A program made the position numbers and the translations under genes. A DNA stretch of 64,000 nt from Bacillota bacterium (lineage in GTDB: Bacteria; Bacillota; Clostridia; Acetivibrionales; DTU013), in NCBI GenBank assembly GCA_023412665.1, contig JAEZCA010000035.1, forward strand, positions 136,633 to 200,632. The letters run 5' to 3'. Positions 19,714 through 29,426 of this stretch are shown here, piece by piece. Every line of letters begins with the position of its first letter. Positions within the stretch are counted from its first letter, which is position 1. A model generated the notes under the pieces. The model did not search any database and was not told the DNA's origin. It saw only the letters and a list, made by a program, of their open reading frames with translations.

Positions 19714-22700
19714 TCAACTCTTAGGCTGGATATAAGTCAAATCATATATATTTCCGGTTATGTCGATATCATCCACAACATACGTGGCAGTATTGCTGCC
19801 TTTATATGCCGTGACAGTCATGCGGTACTGCGGCCTCAGCCTGTTATTGCTCCAATCCTTGCTGGACGGCGCCAGCGGCAGATGGTATTCCCAGTGGGCA
19901 CGATTGTCGGAAACAGACACCGTCGAGTCCCCCGGGAATTTCACCTGATAACCCATGAAGTCAGCACTGTAATCATATGTGTGGCCGCTGGGATCGGTAT
20001 AGTACATGGACTCAAGCTCCGGACTGAATCGTACGGTAACTTTATCGGGACTGCCAATAGTAGTAATGTCAATATTGACACATTCCAATGAAAGGAACCT
20101 GTGGGGCTCTATAGTCATCTGCTTACCGAATATATCAGTTTGCCCTCTCCAGTGGTTCCAATAACCGATAATTTCAACATCGGTTATAGCCAGGTTTACC
20201 AGTTTGAATGACACATCCCTGCTTTGGGTACTACCATTGGGCGCAGCAGCAACAAATCTGGCAACATATTCCCCGTCCGGTATACCTGTGGGTATAGTCA
20301 GACTTCCTTTCCATTCCTTGATCCCTCCCTTGACTCCGCCATTACAGGTCAGATTATATGCTCTGGCATGTGCAGTACCCTGGAACAATGTCACATTGAC
20401 AGTATCAGCATATACAGATGTACTTGCAGCCACTTCAGAAGCTGCTCCGCCCGATACCTCCAAAGGCATGTTGGGCACTAATCCAAGCGGAGTAGCAACT
20501 CTTACAGAGAAACTTCTCACAGTGCTCCTGCCGTCATCACCTGTAGCAGATATTCTGATTTCATAGGACCTGTCAGGCAATGTTTCAGGTATCTGGTAAG
20601 TTATGTTCTTCCATACGATATCATTGCCTGTCCTGGTTCCTGTCTCATCACTAAAATTAACACTCTTCACCGGCGAAACTCTGGTGGCTCCATTGTATAA
20701 AGCCATCTCCAGCTTGACATCACCCGGGTATCGAGTCCACAGGTCATATGCCTCAAGCTTTTCTGACGCCGGGATGCCTGAAAGGGTGAATCGACTGTCC
20801 AATGCCCGAAGCGACGCATTGAACTGGATCGGAGGAGCCTCCTCAAGCGTGAAGTTCAATAGCATAGGTTTGGACCAGGTATTCTCCATATCTTTCACAT
20901 AATATTGAAGCTCGTATGTGCCGGGACTCAGCTTATCCGGAATAGTATATATCCACTCTCCTCCCGTCACCCTGTACATAATCTTTCTCTCGGTAATACC
21001 TTTATCTTCTCTGCTGTACTGGTGGTCTGGATCATATGAATTGTCCACCCATGTTGTGCGATATACCTTCTCCGTCTGATCGTAATCCCAGTCCAGAGTT
21101 GCGCTCGCCAGCGGCCTCCTGTGGGCATATATCTCTATGAATGGTGTCCCGGAGTAGCGAGAGAAGCTGTCGAATGCAGGGTCGTCTGAAGGATCGTCCT
21201 TTACTCTTCTATAAATAGTATATTTGCCCGGTTTATCAAGCTTGTCAACAAGTGTATCCACCCAGCCTTCATTTTCGGAGTATCCACTTACAGCAAATGC
21301 AGCAAGACCGTTTCCGTTATCATAGTATTCAGCATCATGGACATACAGCATCTTTCTTTCGACTATACCATCGTTTTCCTCGTCAAAATCAGCTACGCTG
21401 AGCCGCAAAGAATCCTCTCCCGCCAGAAGTGTGTATCTTTCTGCTTCGCCTGTATCGGCTATGATGTCCAGAGCCTCCTGCATCAATATATTCACATCCC
21501 GGTTGTTTTCTATGAAATGTTCATGACCCACCTGCTGCCTGATGTCTTCCGGACCTGCAAGTATTAGTTTTGCACCGCTTCTGTTCAATGCTGTACTAAG
21601 ATCATTCATATCATTTAATTTATCCTCAGTGATATAGATGATATATTTGTTTGATGTAGGCCTGAATGGATCTGTGTAAGGCTGCTTTACTTCTTTTCTG
21701 ATAGTGCCCTCATAAAAACCTGTGTAATCATCATGCCACACAAGATTAGGTACCCATAGCTGTACGGTCCTTGATACTTCACCACTATAATAGCCCGTGA
21801 ATGTTCTTGTTCGGGTATAGGTCTGTCCGATAACGCCCTTCCCTGAAGGCACACCACTATCGGAATCAGTGCTATAAGACACCTTATACAGTGTCCCCTT
21901 GAAGCCATCACTGTTGTAGCTCATACTCGGCTGGTCGGAAGCACTTGATGAAGTCAGCTGCCATCCTCCAGAAGTATAGGTATAGTTCGCCGTTGCCCAT
22001 CCACTTAATGTCCCTGTAACCGTCTTTCTTTCCACTTTACTGGTATAGGAGCCCTCATCAGTCTGGTACCGGTTATTGGAAACGCTTTTTCTTTTTAGTA
22101 CTCCATAATAGCCATTGCTTGTATACTCTGTGGTTTCGGGTGGAGTGCTGCTGCCTGTTCGTACGGTACTGCTTGCAGGCTGAGTGTACTCATATGTGTG
22201 GAGATCCCATGTATCCACATTTGATTGGACATTGTATGACCGCAGATAATTGTTGAACTCCAGCCTGTTATCCTTTATATACTTTACCTTCTCACTATCA
22301 AGAGATGAGTCCATCATTATAAAGGTATCGACCTGTGTCCTGTTCAATGGTATTTGAACATACAGCCCCGCCATGGGTTGTATATTGTCTACCAGGACCT
22401 CACGTTCTACCGTCCTGCTTACACGATCAGCATCAGTAATAAATTCTTGTATAGTGTCCTCTCCAAAGCTCTCTTCCACCGTATTAATGAATTTATATCT
22501 GCCAAGTCCTACGGGATGAAATTCGGGGAAGCCTTTGCTCCCGTCATAGGTCTTCAACAGCTTGTCATATGTACCGTCATTGTTGCTGTCATACCAAAGC
22601 TCGATAGTGTTTTTACTCACTATATCATTGTCTGTGCTGCAGGCATTGTAATTCCAGGCACTAATCGTCTCCAGCCTCGAGATGACAGAATTGTCGAGAT

Positions 22701-24531
22701 CGATCTCCAGTGCAGGCTCATAGTCGGGAAAAACCTCAAACCTCACTACATATGGGTCGGAAACCCGTCCCAGCGAGTTTTTTACAGTCAGCTCCACCTC
22801 ATAGGAGCCTGGAGTTTTGAACAATAGATCTTTTTGAGTGACGCTGATATCCTTCTTTTTTATTGATTCCTCAATACCGCTGACAGCCCTGAATTTCCAT
22901 GTATATGAGCTGATCGGGTATGCGCTGTTGACGATGTCGCAGCCTCCGATATTTGATATGTCGGTAACGGTCAGCTTTCGGTTCTGTTTATAGGTACCGG
23001 AAAGCCTGAACTGTGCTGTAGGCTTTGTGTCATATATATATGTCCACGCTGTATGGAACGCAGATTTTCCTTCGTTATCGGTATAAAAAATATCGATTTT
23101 CTTCAGCCCATCCTGACCAATACCAAATACATAATTGCCGCTGAAAAACTGTTCGTCATCAACCTCGGTGCCATTTATCAAGACCCTCCGGTCCTGTATG
23201 CCGCTCATATCCGTATTGTCACATGCGTCAAACTTAACGATATCAAAGCCCTTCTGAGGTATCACACATTTTGGCTCCATCAAATAGGGCACTTTTTTCT
23301 CAATCACGTATTCCTTTATAGAAAAATCCGCATTCCCGTCGCTGCTTCCCTCATCATACCTTTCATCAAAGTAAATACAGCGGGCTGTTGCAGTAAAATT
23401 GATGTCCTCTCCATTCAAAGCTTTGATTTGACCTTTGGTCATCAGGATCGTGAATGTAGTTTTCGCATAATTGTCATATATCTGGATATCATCTTTCCGG
23501 GCCTGCTCTCCATTTAATGTTATCTCCCAGTGGTCCCTGTCCTCTCTAGTGTAATAAACAGCCCTCGCCAGCTGGTCCTGCATGTGCTCCTCATCCTTGA
23601 GCCTGGCAATTACTTCGACCTTTACGTCAATTGTCTCTTTCTCAAATCCAGCTGGATTATCCATTCCGTAATCAATAAACTCCAATTCGCTTTCATTTTG
23701 TATATTGACGGAGACCTCTACCGGCGTATGCTCCTTTTGGTACTTCTTGATAGTGAAGCCCATATAGAAGAGCTTGCCTGCCTTATCAAACCTGAACATC
23801 CTGCCTTCCCCGTTGAACTTTGCCGAAGGCGCCGACTGTACATTGATGAAGTTATGAAAATCCCACGTCCCATCGGCCTTGCGCTCCGGTGCTGGATCTT
23901 TGAGCCCGGTGTCCATTACTCCATTTCTTATTTTAAAGTCAGTCATACCATTGTTGATCCACTCACGAGTTTTTTTATCGGTATCTGTAATGCAAGTGAT
24001 TGCTGATGCATTATATATACTTACTTTAGTTGCCGGTTCACCCTTAAACCTGGAGGATATATAGTTGCTATCCCAATAGTGATATATCCATGTTATGTCT
24101 TCAAGAGGAGTTATTCTTTTAACATCTAAAGGAAAGCATGTATTTGCATACAAGTTACCATCAATTGTGTATCCATCGTACCTATACTCACCTCGCTTAT
24201 ATCCAGCCTTTTTATAAAACCCAATGCCGGTATCATTAAGTGTCTCTTCTTTATAGTTCTTTCTATAACTATCATTTAGATTCGCCTGCTCCGGTGTACC
24301 ATACACAACAATTCCCTTACCATACCATATTCTATAATTAAAGGGTCTACCTTTAGCAATAGGTGTAACACCATATGGCAGTCCTGAAAGTTTTTCAAAT
24401 AAATCAGGATTATCAAAATAAGTCTCCCACTTGCAGCTGCTTTCATAATATCTAGAATCATTCTTTGCGCTGGTAATATTCGGAAGTAATATAGAGAAAA
24501 CTAATATACAGATGAAAAATTTCTTTTTCAT
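19714..24531 (-). CDS. 1605-aa secreted multidomain protein (Ig/PKD-like modules), last gene of the Tad-like operon; putative adhesin or pilus-associated protein
   Basis: Uninterrupted 4.8-kb ORF with a signal peptide (MKKKFFICILVFSILLPNITSA). A PKD-like segment is present (SYTWKF...GSYEVELTVKNSLGRVSDPYVVRFEV). The start lies 34 nt after the upstream gene. Confidence 0.85.
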   Translation of the reverse strand: MKKKFFICILVFSILLPNITSAKNDSRYYESSCKWETYFDNPDLFEKLSGLPYGVTPIAKGRPFNYRIWYGKGIVVYGTPEQANLNDSYRKNYKEETLNDTGIGFYKKAGYKRGEYRYDGYTIDGNLYANTCFPLDVKRITPLEDITWIYHYWDSNYISSRFKGEPATKVSIYNASAITCITDTDKKTREWINNGMTDFKIRNGVMDTGLKDPAPERKADGTWDFHNFINVQSAPSAKFNGEGRMFRFDKAGKLFYMGFTIKKYQKEHTPVEVSVNIQNESELEFIDYGMDNPAGFEKETIDVKVEVIARLKDEEHMQDQLARAVYYTREDRDHWEITLNGEQARKDDIQIYDNYAKTTFTILMTKGQIKALNGEDINFTATARCIYFDERYDEGSSDGNADFSIKEYVIEKKVPYLMEPKCVIPQKGFDIVKFDACDNTDMSGIQDRRVLINGTEVDDEQFFSGNYVFGIGQDGLKKIDIFYTDNEGKSAFHTAWTYIYDTKPTAQFRLSGTYKQNRKLTVTDISNIGGCDIVNSAYPISSYTWKFRAVSGIEESIKKKDISVTQKDLLFKTPGSYEVELTVKNSLGRVSDPYVVRFEVFPDYEPALEIDLDNSVISRLETISAWNYNACSTDNDIVSKNTIELWYDSNNDGTYDKLLKTYDGSKGFPEFHPVGLGRYKFINTVEESFGEDTIQEFITDADRVSRTVEREVLVDNIQPMAGLYVQIPLNRTQVDTFIMMDSSLDSEKVKYIKDNRLEFNNYLRSYNVQSNVDTWDLHTYEYTQPASSTVRTGSSTPPETTEYTSNGYYGVLKRKSVSNNRYQTDEGSYTSKVERKTVTGTLSGWATANYTYTSGGWQLTSSSASDQPSMSYNSDGFKGTLYKVSYSTDSDSGVPSGKGVIGQTYTRTRTFTGYYSGEVSRTVQLWVPNLVWHDDYTGFYEGTIRKEVKQPYTDPFRPTSNKYIIYITEDKLNDMNDLSTALNRSGAKLILAGPEDIRQQVGHEHFIENNRDVNILMQEALDIIADTGEAERYTLLAGEDSLRLSVADFDEENDGIVERKMLYVHDAEYYDNGNGLAAFAVSGYSENEGWVDTLVDKLDKPGKYTIYRRVKDDPSDDPAFDSFSRYSGTPFIEIYAHRRPLASATLDWDYDQTEKVYRTTWVDNSYDPDHQYSREDKGITERKIMYRVTGGEWIYTIPDKLSPGTYELQYYVKDMENTWSKPMLLNFTLEEAPPIQFNASLRALDSRFTLSGIPASEKLEAYDLWTRYPGDVKLEMALYNGATRVSPVKSVNFSDETGTRTGNDIVWKNITYQIPETLPDRSYEIRISATGDDGRSTVRSFSVRVATPLGLVPNMPLEVSGGAASEVAASTSVYADTVNVTLFQGTAHARAYNLTCNGGVKGGIKEWKGSLTIPTGIPDGEYVARFVAAAPNGSTQSRDVSFKLVNLAITDVEIIGYWNHWRGQTDIFGKQMTIEPHRFLSLECVNIDITTIGSPDKVTVRFSPELESMYYTDPSGHTYDYSADFMGYQVKFPGDSTVSVSDNRAHWEYHLPLAPSSKDWSNNRLRPQYRMTVTAYKGSNTATYVVDDIDITGNIYDLTYIQPKS

Positions 24532-24565
24532 AATAGCACTAACCTTTCAATATGATAGATATAAA

Positions 24566-25846
24566 CTATTTAAGACTATTAATAGAAAGTGTGAACCCGT
24601 CATCCCCACCAACCTTATGGAAGAACATAAGACGGCCATTGTAAGTAATTTCATCAATATGATGTTCCTGATCATTCGTTATTGCATAATTAAGATATCT
24701 GTCAAACTCTTCCATAGCTTTATCGGTATCATTGCTAAACCAGAACTTGAACATTTCATAAATAACTTCTCTATGCATCGATTTTACAGCTTGAGCATTA
24801 TAAAGAGTTATATGATATGGGTTATCCATAAGTCGATTATCGTCTAAAGTAGTAATACTTATATACATCTGTTTATTTAATACGCTATTCTCTTCAAGTT
24901 TTTCCTTGCTCTCATAGAAAGTATAGTATATAACATGACCTGATTCACTAAATCCAGAAACAACAAATCCCTTACTCTTTTGTCCTACATTCTTAAATGC
25001 ATTAGCAGCATCAATAACTTCCTTCTTTGGGGGCGGCCATACAGTAGTTGACGTACCATCATAGTTTACGCACGTAAAAACCTCATCCGCTGCCGGTGTA
25101 AAAGGCACACGGGAGCCGTCATTCAAATACCTGATCATGACAGTTGCCGCTTCAGCTCTGGTCAGAGTGCCGGCAGGCCTGAAATAGCCTTCCGATCCAC
25201 GGATGAGGCCGATTTCGTATGACTGCAGAACAAACTGCTTGTTTATATCCTTTATCGCCGTATAATCTTTGATTTTTGACCGCACCAGATTGTCCGGGGT
25301 ATTATATGGATCATTGTAAGGGAACTCCTCTTTGAGCAGTGCCGCCTTTACAATGATTCTCGCAGCTTCCTCCCTGGTAATAGGCCGTTTGTAATCCGAA
25401 AACTCATTTATTGAAATCAGCTTCTGTCCAACAGCAATATCAATATAATTCTGAGCCCAGTATTTCGTATTCTCACCCGGTGCATATCCCATAGACCTGA
25501 CAACCATCTTAATATATTGATCGACCTGTACCGGATCATTTGGATGAAAATTACCCCCATAGCCCGTGATTATATAGATATACGAGAGCATTCCGACTTC
25601 TTTACGGCTCCAGTGCGAACCCATATCCCCATATAAATATAGAGCATTTTCAATATCGGTGTCCACCAGCGCAGCCAGCTTCTCCTGTAACGGCTTCACC
25701 CTGTATGCGGCCTCATTTTCTTCGGCGGCAAATGACTCTGCTGACACGAAGAATACGAATAAGGCAAGGAATGCTGTTGCCAGAATAATTTCAAGGCACT
25801 TCCTGACCGCTGTTTTTCCATACCATACATATTTTCTATCCGGCAT
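24566..25846 (-). CDS. Membrane-anchored protein with SLH-like repeats and an unknown C-terminal domain
   Basis: AAGGAGG SD and an N-terminal TM (ILATAFLALFVFFV). SLH-like segments are present (SHWSRKEV..., ITREEAARIIVKAAL, FRPAGTLTRAEAATVMIRYL). Confidence 0.8.
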   Translation of the reverse strand: MPDRKYVWYGKTAVRKCLEIILATAFLALFVFFVSAESFAAEENEAAYRVKPLQEKLAALVDTDIENALYLYGDMGSHWSRKEVGMLSYIYIITGYGGNFHPNDPVQVDQYIKMVVRSMGYAPGENTKYWAQNYIDIAVGQKLISINEFSDYKRPITREEAARIIVKAALLKEEFPYNDPYNTPDNLVRSKIKDYTAIKDINKQFVLQSYEIGLIRGSEGYFRPAGTLTRAEAATVMIRYLNDGSRVPFTPAADEVFTCVNYDGTSTTVWPPPKKEVIDAANAFKNVGQKSKGFVVSGFSESGHVIYYTFYESKEKLEENSVLNKQMYISITTLDDNRLMDNPYHITLYNAQAVKSMHREVIYEMFKFWFSNDTDKAMEEFDRYLNYAITNDQEHHIDEITYNGRLMFFHKVGGDDGFTLSINSLK

Positions 25847-25884
25847 AGCAAGTCCTCCTTATTTTGAATCATTTATACAGTCGG

Positions 25885-27477
25885 CTAACTGCATAAATAA
25901 ATGAATTCACTGTTTGCAAACTGAAGGCTGTCGTTATTCTTAAGCTCAACTTCCTTATTACTATCAATCCGTGCATCGTTAACAAATGTTCCATTGATAG
26001 AATTCAAATCCTTGACAAAGCAGGAGCCATTCCTGCATATCAGCTCCGCATGCAGCTTCCCCACAGCATTGTTGAGCAGTACATGGTCAACATGGCCCTG
26101 AAGCCTGCCTATAATGATCTCATCCCGATCGATCACAATATCCCGGTCATTGGCAAACCTGCCTCTGCTTTTAAGCATGTGGACCTTTTTGGTATTATTT
26201 CCAAGTACCTCTGTCTTCTGTATATACCTCAATGCAACATCATCCTGGGCTTCTCTGACCGCTTGATCTATATTTTCCGCATCAGTACCCGCATCTGCTC
26301 TTTTCAGCGTTTCCCTGTTGATTGCCGTTATGGTTCCTTCACGATAATATGCAGGCTCTTCAGTTAGTACAGCATTTGCATTAACTGCACCATTCACACA
26401 ATTCTTATTACAATCAGATGCTTTGTCTTTCTCCTGCAAAGCACTTTCTGTTAGTTTCTTCAGCCGTTGATATGCTTTCGATGCTGAAGCCTCTTTACGA
26501 GGCAACTGTCTGCCGTTCACGGTCCACTCCGGCTCATCCTCTGGCGCTGATTGCTGAGAACTACTGTCACTACACGTCCTAAGCAGCTTCAATACCTGAA
26601 GCTTTCTGAAAACGAGCACATCGATGGCTATAACGATCATAAGCACTGCAGCATAGGTCGCTGTCCGATTTTCTCCGATATTATCAAGAAATCCTCGGCA
26701 CATGAATATAATACCGCCCATAGCAAATTGCAAAAGAACTGCAGGCACTACTGATGTCAGAGATATTTTTATATCTTTATTCTCTTTATTCTCCTTATCT
26801 TCCTGTTTTTCCTCTATTTTATCTTTTTTACAACTATTTTTAAGTGTTTTTTCGCAAGAATCGTGCTCCGGCAGTGGGGCGGGCGCTCCCCCGGTTTCTT
26901 CACCATACAGCAGTTCATTGATTAGTATCATGAAGCTCTTGAGGTTGAACATCTCACTCTTTATCTCTGACAAAATACGCTGTACAAGATTTCCGCCAAA
27001 GCCTGCTTCATTTATATGCTGCATGAGCACATCAGAAACCAAAGTCTGAAGAGTCCCTCTGCAATGACCTCCTGATTCGGCCGGTATATAGATCAGCCTG
27101 ACCTCCATCGTATCCGGCTCAATATAAACATACTCAGGGTCAAAAAGGAAATTGGACGAAGACAGCAGATACCCTGCAGAATTATTGATGTTGGAGGACA
27201 GATTCAAAAACAGTCTGAGAAATTCCACACGGTTAAGCTTATGTCTTTTAAAGTACATCAGCAGGGGGATCCTTGAGGTTATGTTGTAGTAAAAATGATA
27301 GGCCCCTTCAGATTTTACTGCTTCTACAGGCACAACATACCTTATATCATTGTTTTCAAGCATTTTTGCCTGAAACTCCAGGATCCTGGCTCTGCATTCA
27401 ATGACAAGGAAGCTTGATGCCGAGCTGCTTTCATACCTGAATTTCAATTCCTTCGAATTTTCACCGTCACCGGACAT
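25885..27477 (-). CDS. FHA-domain membrane protein (N-terminal globular domain, 2 TM, C-terminal FHA)
   Basis: Start ATG 27477 lies behind a GGAGGAG SD. The C-terminal FHA signature is IIIGRLQGHVDHVLLNNAVGKLHAELICRNGSCFVKDLNSINGTFVN. Two central hydrophobic helices are present. Confidence 0.85.
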   Translation of the reverse strand: MSGDGENSKELKFRYESSSASSFLVIECRARILEFQAKMLENNDIRYVVPVEAVKSEGAYHFYYNITSRIPLLMYFKRHKLNRVEFLRLFLNLSSNINNSAGYLLSSSNFLFDPEYVYIEPDTMEVRLIYIPAESGGHCRGTLQTLVSDVLMQHINEAGFGGNLVQRILSEIKSEMFNLKSFMILINELLYGEETGGAPAPLPEHDSCEKTLKNSCKKDKIEEKQEDKENKENKDIKISLTSVVPAVLLQFAMGGIIFMCRGFLDNIGENRTATYAAVLMIVIAIDVLVFRKLQVLKLLRTCSDSSSQQSAPEDEPEWTVNGRQLPRKEASASKAYQRLKKLTESALQEKDKASDCNKNCVNGAVNANAVLTEEPAYYREGTITAINRETLKRADAGTDAENIDQAVREAQDDVALRYIQKTEVLGNNTKKVHMLKSRGRFANDRDIVIDRDEIIIGRLQGHVDHVLLNNAVGKLHAELICRNGSCFVKDLNSINGTFVNDARIDSNKEVELKNNDSLQFANSEFIYLCS

Positions 27478-27551
27478 ATTCCCTACTCCTCCGACACAAT
27501 ATCTCATTAGCAGCTGCCCCGCCACTGCCTTTAGCTGAACAATTGAAAATA

Positions 27552-27770
27552 TTATTTGATGATCTTGTTATTTGCTCTGATACTGCCGCTGTTGATATCA
27601 TTTATAATCGCATCATCAGCAAAGACACTTTGCATGATATTCGTAACAAATTTGATAATGGCATCCCTGAATATTAGAGCTATCCCGACAAGTACAGCAA
27701 TTATTACGACAATTTCCACTGTCCCCAGTCCATCTTCCTCGCTAAGAAAGTTTTTAATAAAACGTTTCAC
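27552..27770 (-). CDS. flp: Flp-family type IVb pilin
   Basis: GTG start behind a GGAGGTG SD. The 72-aa product has a charged leader, then G/LGTVE plus the hydrophobic helix IVVIIAVLVGIALIF (Flp G/XXXXE-type motif). Confidence 0.8.
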   Translation of the reverse strand: MKRFIKNFLSEEDGLGTVEIVVIIAVLVGIALIFRDAIIKFVTNIMQSVFADDAIINDINSGSIRANNKIIK

Positions 27771-27788
27771 AAAATCACCTCCATCCCC

Positions 27789-28649
27789 CTATATATTCCT
27801 CAATGCAAGCACAGCTGGCATTCCAACAATGAGCAGTATCGCTGCGAACATCAGCATCATAGGCAAAAGCAGTTTAGTAGAGGCCTCTTCCCCAAACCTT
27901 TTAGCAGTCGATTTTCTAAGCTCCCAGCATTCATTGGCAAAAAGCCTCAAAACAGGTACAAGCTCATCATTACCCTTTCTCATATTTTGCAGGACTACAG
28001 ATACAAACCGGGTAATAAGCGGCACATGACACCGTTGAGCAAACTCCTCAAACGCCTTGTATTCAGGTATCCCCGACCTTATATCCTGTACTGCGGCTCC
28101 AAGCTCGATATATAGCGGAGTCTGTCTTGATGTATCAGAAACTGTCTTTTCCCATGCTCTGGAGACCGTCATTCCTGCATTGACCAGAAGTGTGAGCTTG
28201 TTGACAAAATCAGGGAAGTCCAGCTGTATGGATTGCCTTCTTTTCTTCACTTTCTCCGACAGCTCTCTGTCGCTGAATACAAAAATGCCCACTTGCAGTA
28301 ATAGGCAAAATACTGCATATCCAACATCCGGTTTTGTCATAGTTCCGACAAATAAAATAAAAGCCAGAGATAAAAGCATCAAAGATATCTTACTGCCCCA
28401 ATGAACACGCAGCACTGTCAATGCCTTCTTATAACCGTACAGTTCAGCTGCCGCCATCAGCAGCTTCCTGTCATAGCCGGTGTTATAGCCGTATTTGAAG
28501 GTATCAAGGATACATAGCCCAATTGGAAGGATCCCTCTCATCGGAAATTCTTTTTTATCCAGCCTTGCAATAATCTCCGTGTACCTTCTATGTGAGGCAG
28601 AATACAGTAAGGCAAGGATTATGATATATACCGCCAGAACCATAATCAT
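27789..28649 (-). CDS. tadC: TadC-like pilus assembly membrane protein (T2SS-F domain)
   Basis: Polytopic protein with the GspF/TadC-like topology, located between tadB and flp. GGAGGAG SD. Confidence 0.8.
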   Translation of the reverse strand: MIMVLAVYIIILALLYSASHRRYTEIIARLDKKEFPMRGILPIGLCILDTFKYGYNTGYDRKLLMAAAELYGYKKALTVLRVHWGSKISLMLLSLAFILFVGTMTKPDVGYAVFCLLLQVGIFVFSDRELSEKVKKRRQSIQLDFPDFVNKLTLLVNAGMTVSRAWEKTVSDTSRQTPLYIELGAAVQDIRSGIPEYKAFEEFAQRCHVPLITRFVSVVLQNMRKGNDELVPVLRLFANECWELRKSTAKRFGEEASTKLLLPMMLMFAAILLIVGMPAVLALRNI

Positions 28650-28676
28650 AACAAACTCTCCTCCGAAATATTCCCG

Positions 28677-29426
28677 CTAGAGCTTAATATCACTTACTCT
28701 TGATGAAATAAACCACGCAGCAGCAATCAATATGATCGAAATACTCATCGTAAGCCTTCCTGCAACTGTGCTGAAAACAGGGTATATGTACTCCGGCGCG
28801 CTCACAGAAAGAAGCAGTATCATTAGTATTGGCACCGCATTGAGCACCTTCTGCTCAAATCTGCGTTCTGTCAGCATCATATCGACTTCCTGCCCCACCT
28901 CTATCCTGTCGCTGATAATAGCCGATGTATTCCTTATTATCTCGGCTATGTTTCCGCCGGACCTTTTGCTGATGTTCATGACGCTGACAAAGTTGTCTAC
29001 ATCCTCAAGACAAGCCCGACCTGCAAAATCAGATAAAGCATGTTCGATCGTCTCATTCATCTCCAGCCTGCTTATGATCCTTTTAATCTCTACCAGTATA
29101 AATGTTGAAGGCTCAGGGTACAGCACCGATAAATCCTTCAGTGCATCCTTGAACGCATACTCGATCGTTTTGCCTGCAGATACCGATGATGCCAGTGAAT
29201 ACAGCATATCCTTGAACTGGATGTTCAACTCCTTTTTGCGCCGCTTGATGATTTCCTTCTTTTTTATTGCGGGGTATAAGAGTGCCAGTGGTGTCAAAAT
29301 CACAGAAAAAACGACACTCCTGTAAAATACATAGGCAAGAGCAAAAATAAATATACCTGCAATTGCCGTATAGAATAGCCTCTCTCTGTTGCTCATTTCA
29401 TACGTATCATAACTCTGTGTCATCAT
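28677..29426 (-). CDS. tadB: TadB-like pilus assembly membrane protein (T2SS-F domain)
   Basis: ATGA start/stop overlap with cpaF (ATG 29426; the track GTG at 29435 is also possible). Paralogous architecture to tadC. Confidence 0.8.
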   Translation of the reverse strand: MMTQSYDTYEMSNRERLFYTAIAGIFIFALAYVFYRSVVFSVILTPLALLYPAIKKKEIIKRRKKELNIQFKDMLYSLASSVSAGKTIEYAFKDALKDLSVLYPEPSTFILVEIKRIISRLEMNETIEHALSDFAGRACLEDVDNFVSVMNISKRSGGNIAEIIRNTSAIISDRIEVGQEVDMMLTERRFEQKVLNAVPILMILLLSVSAPEYIYPVFSTVAGRLTMSISIILIAAAWFISSRVSDIKL

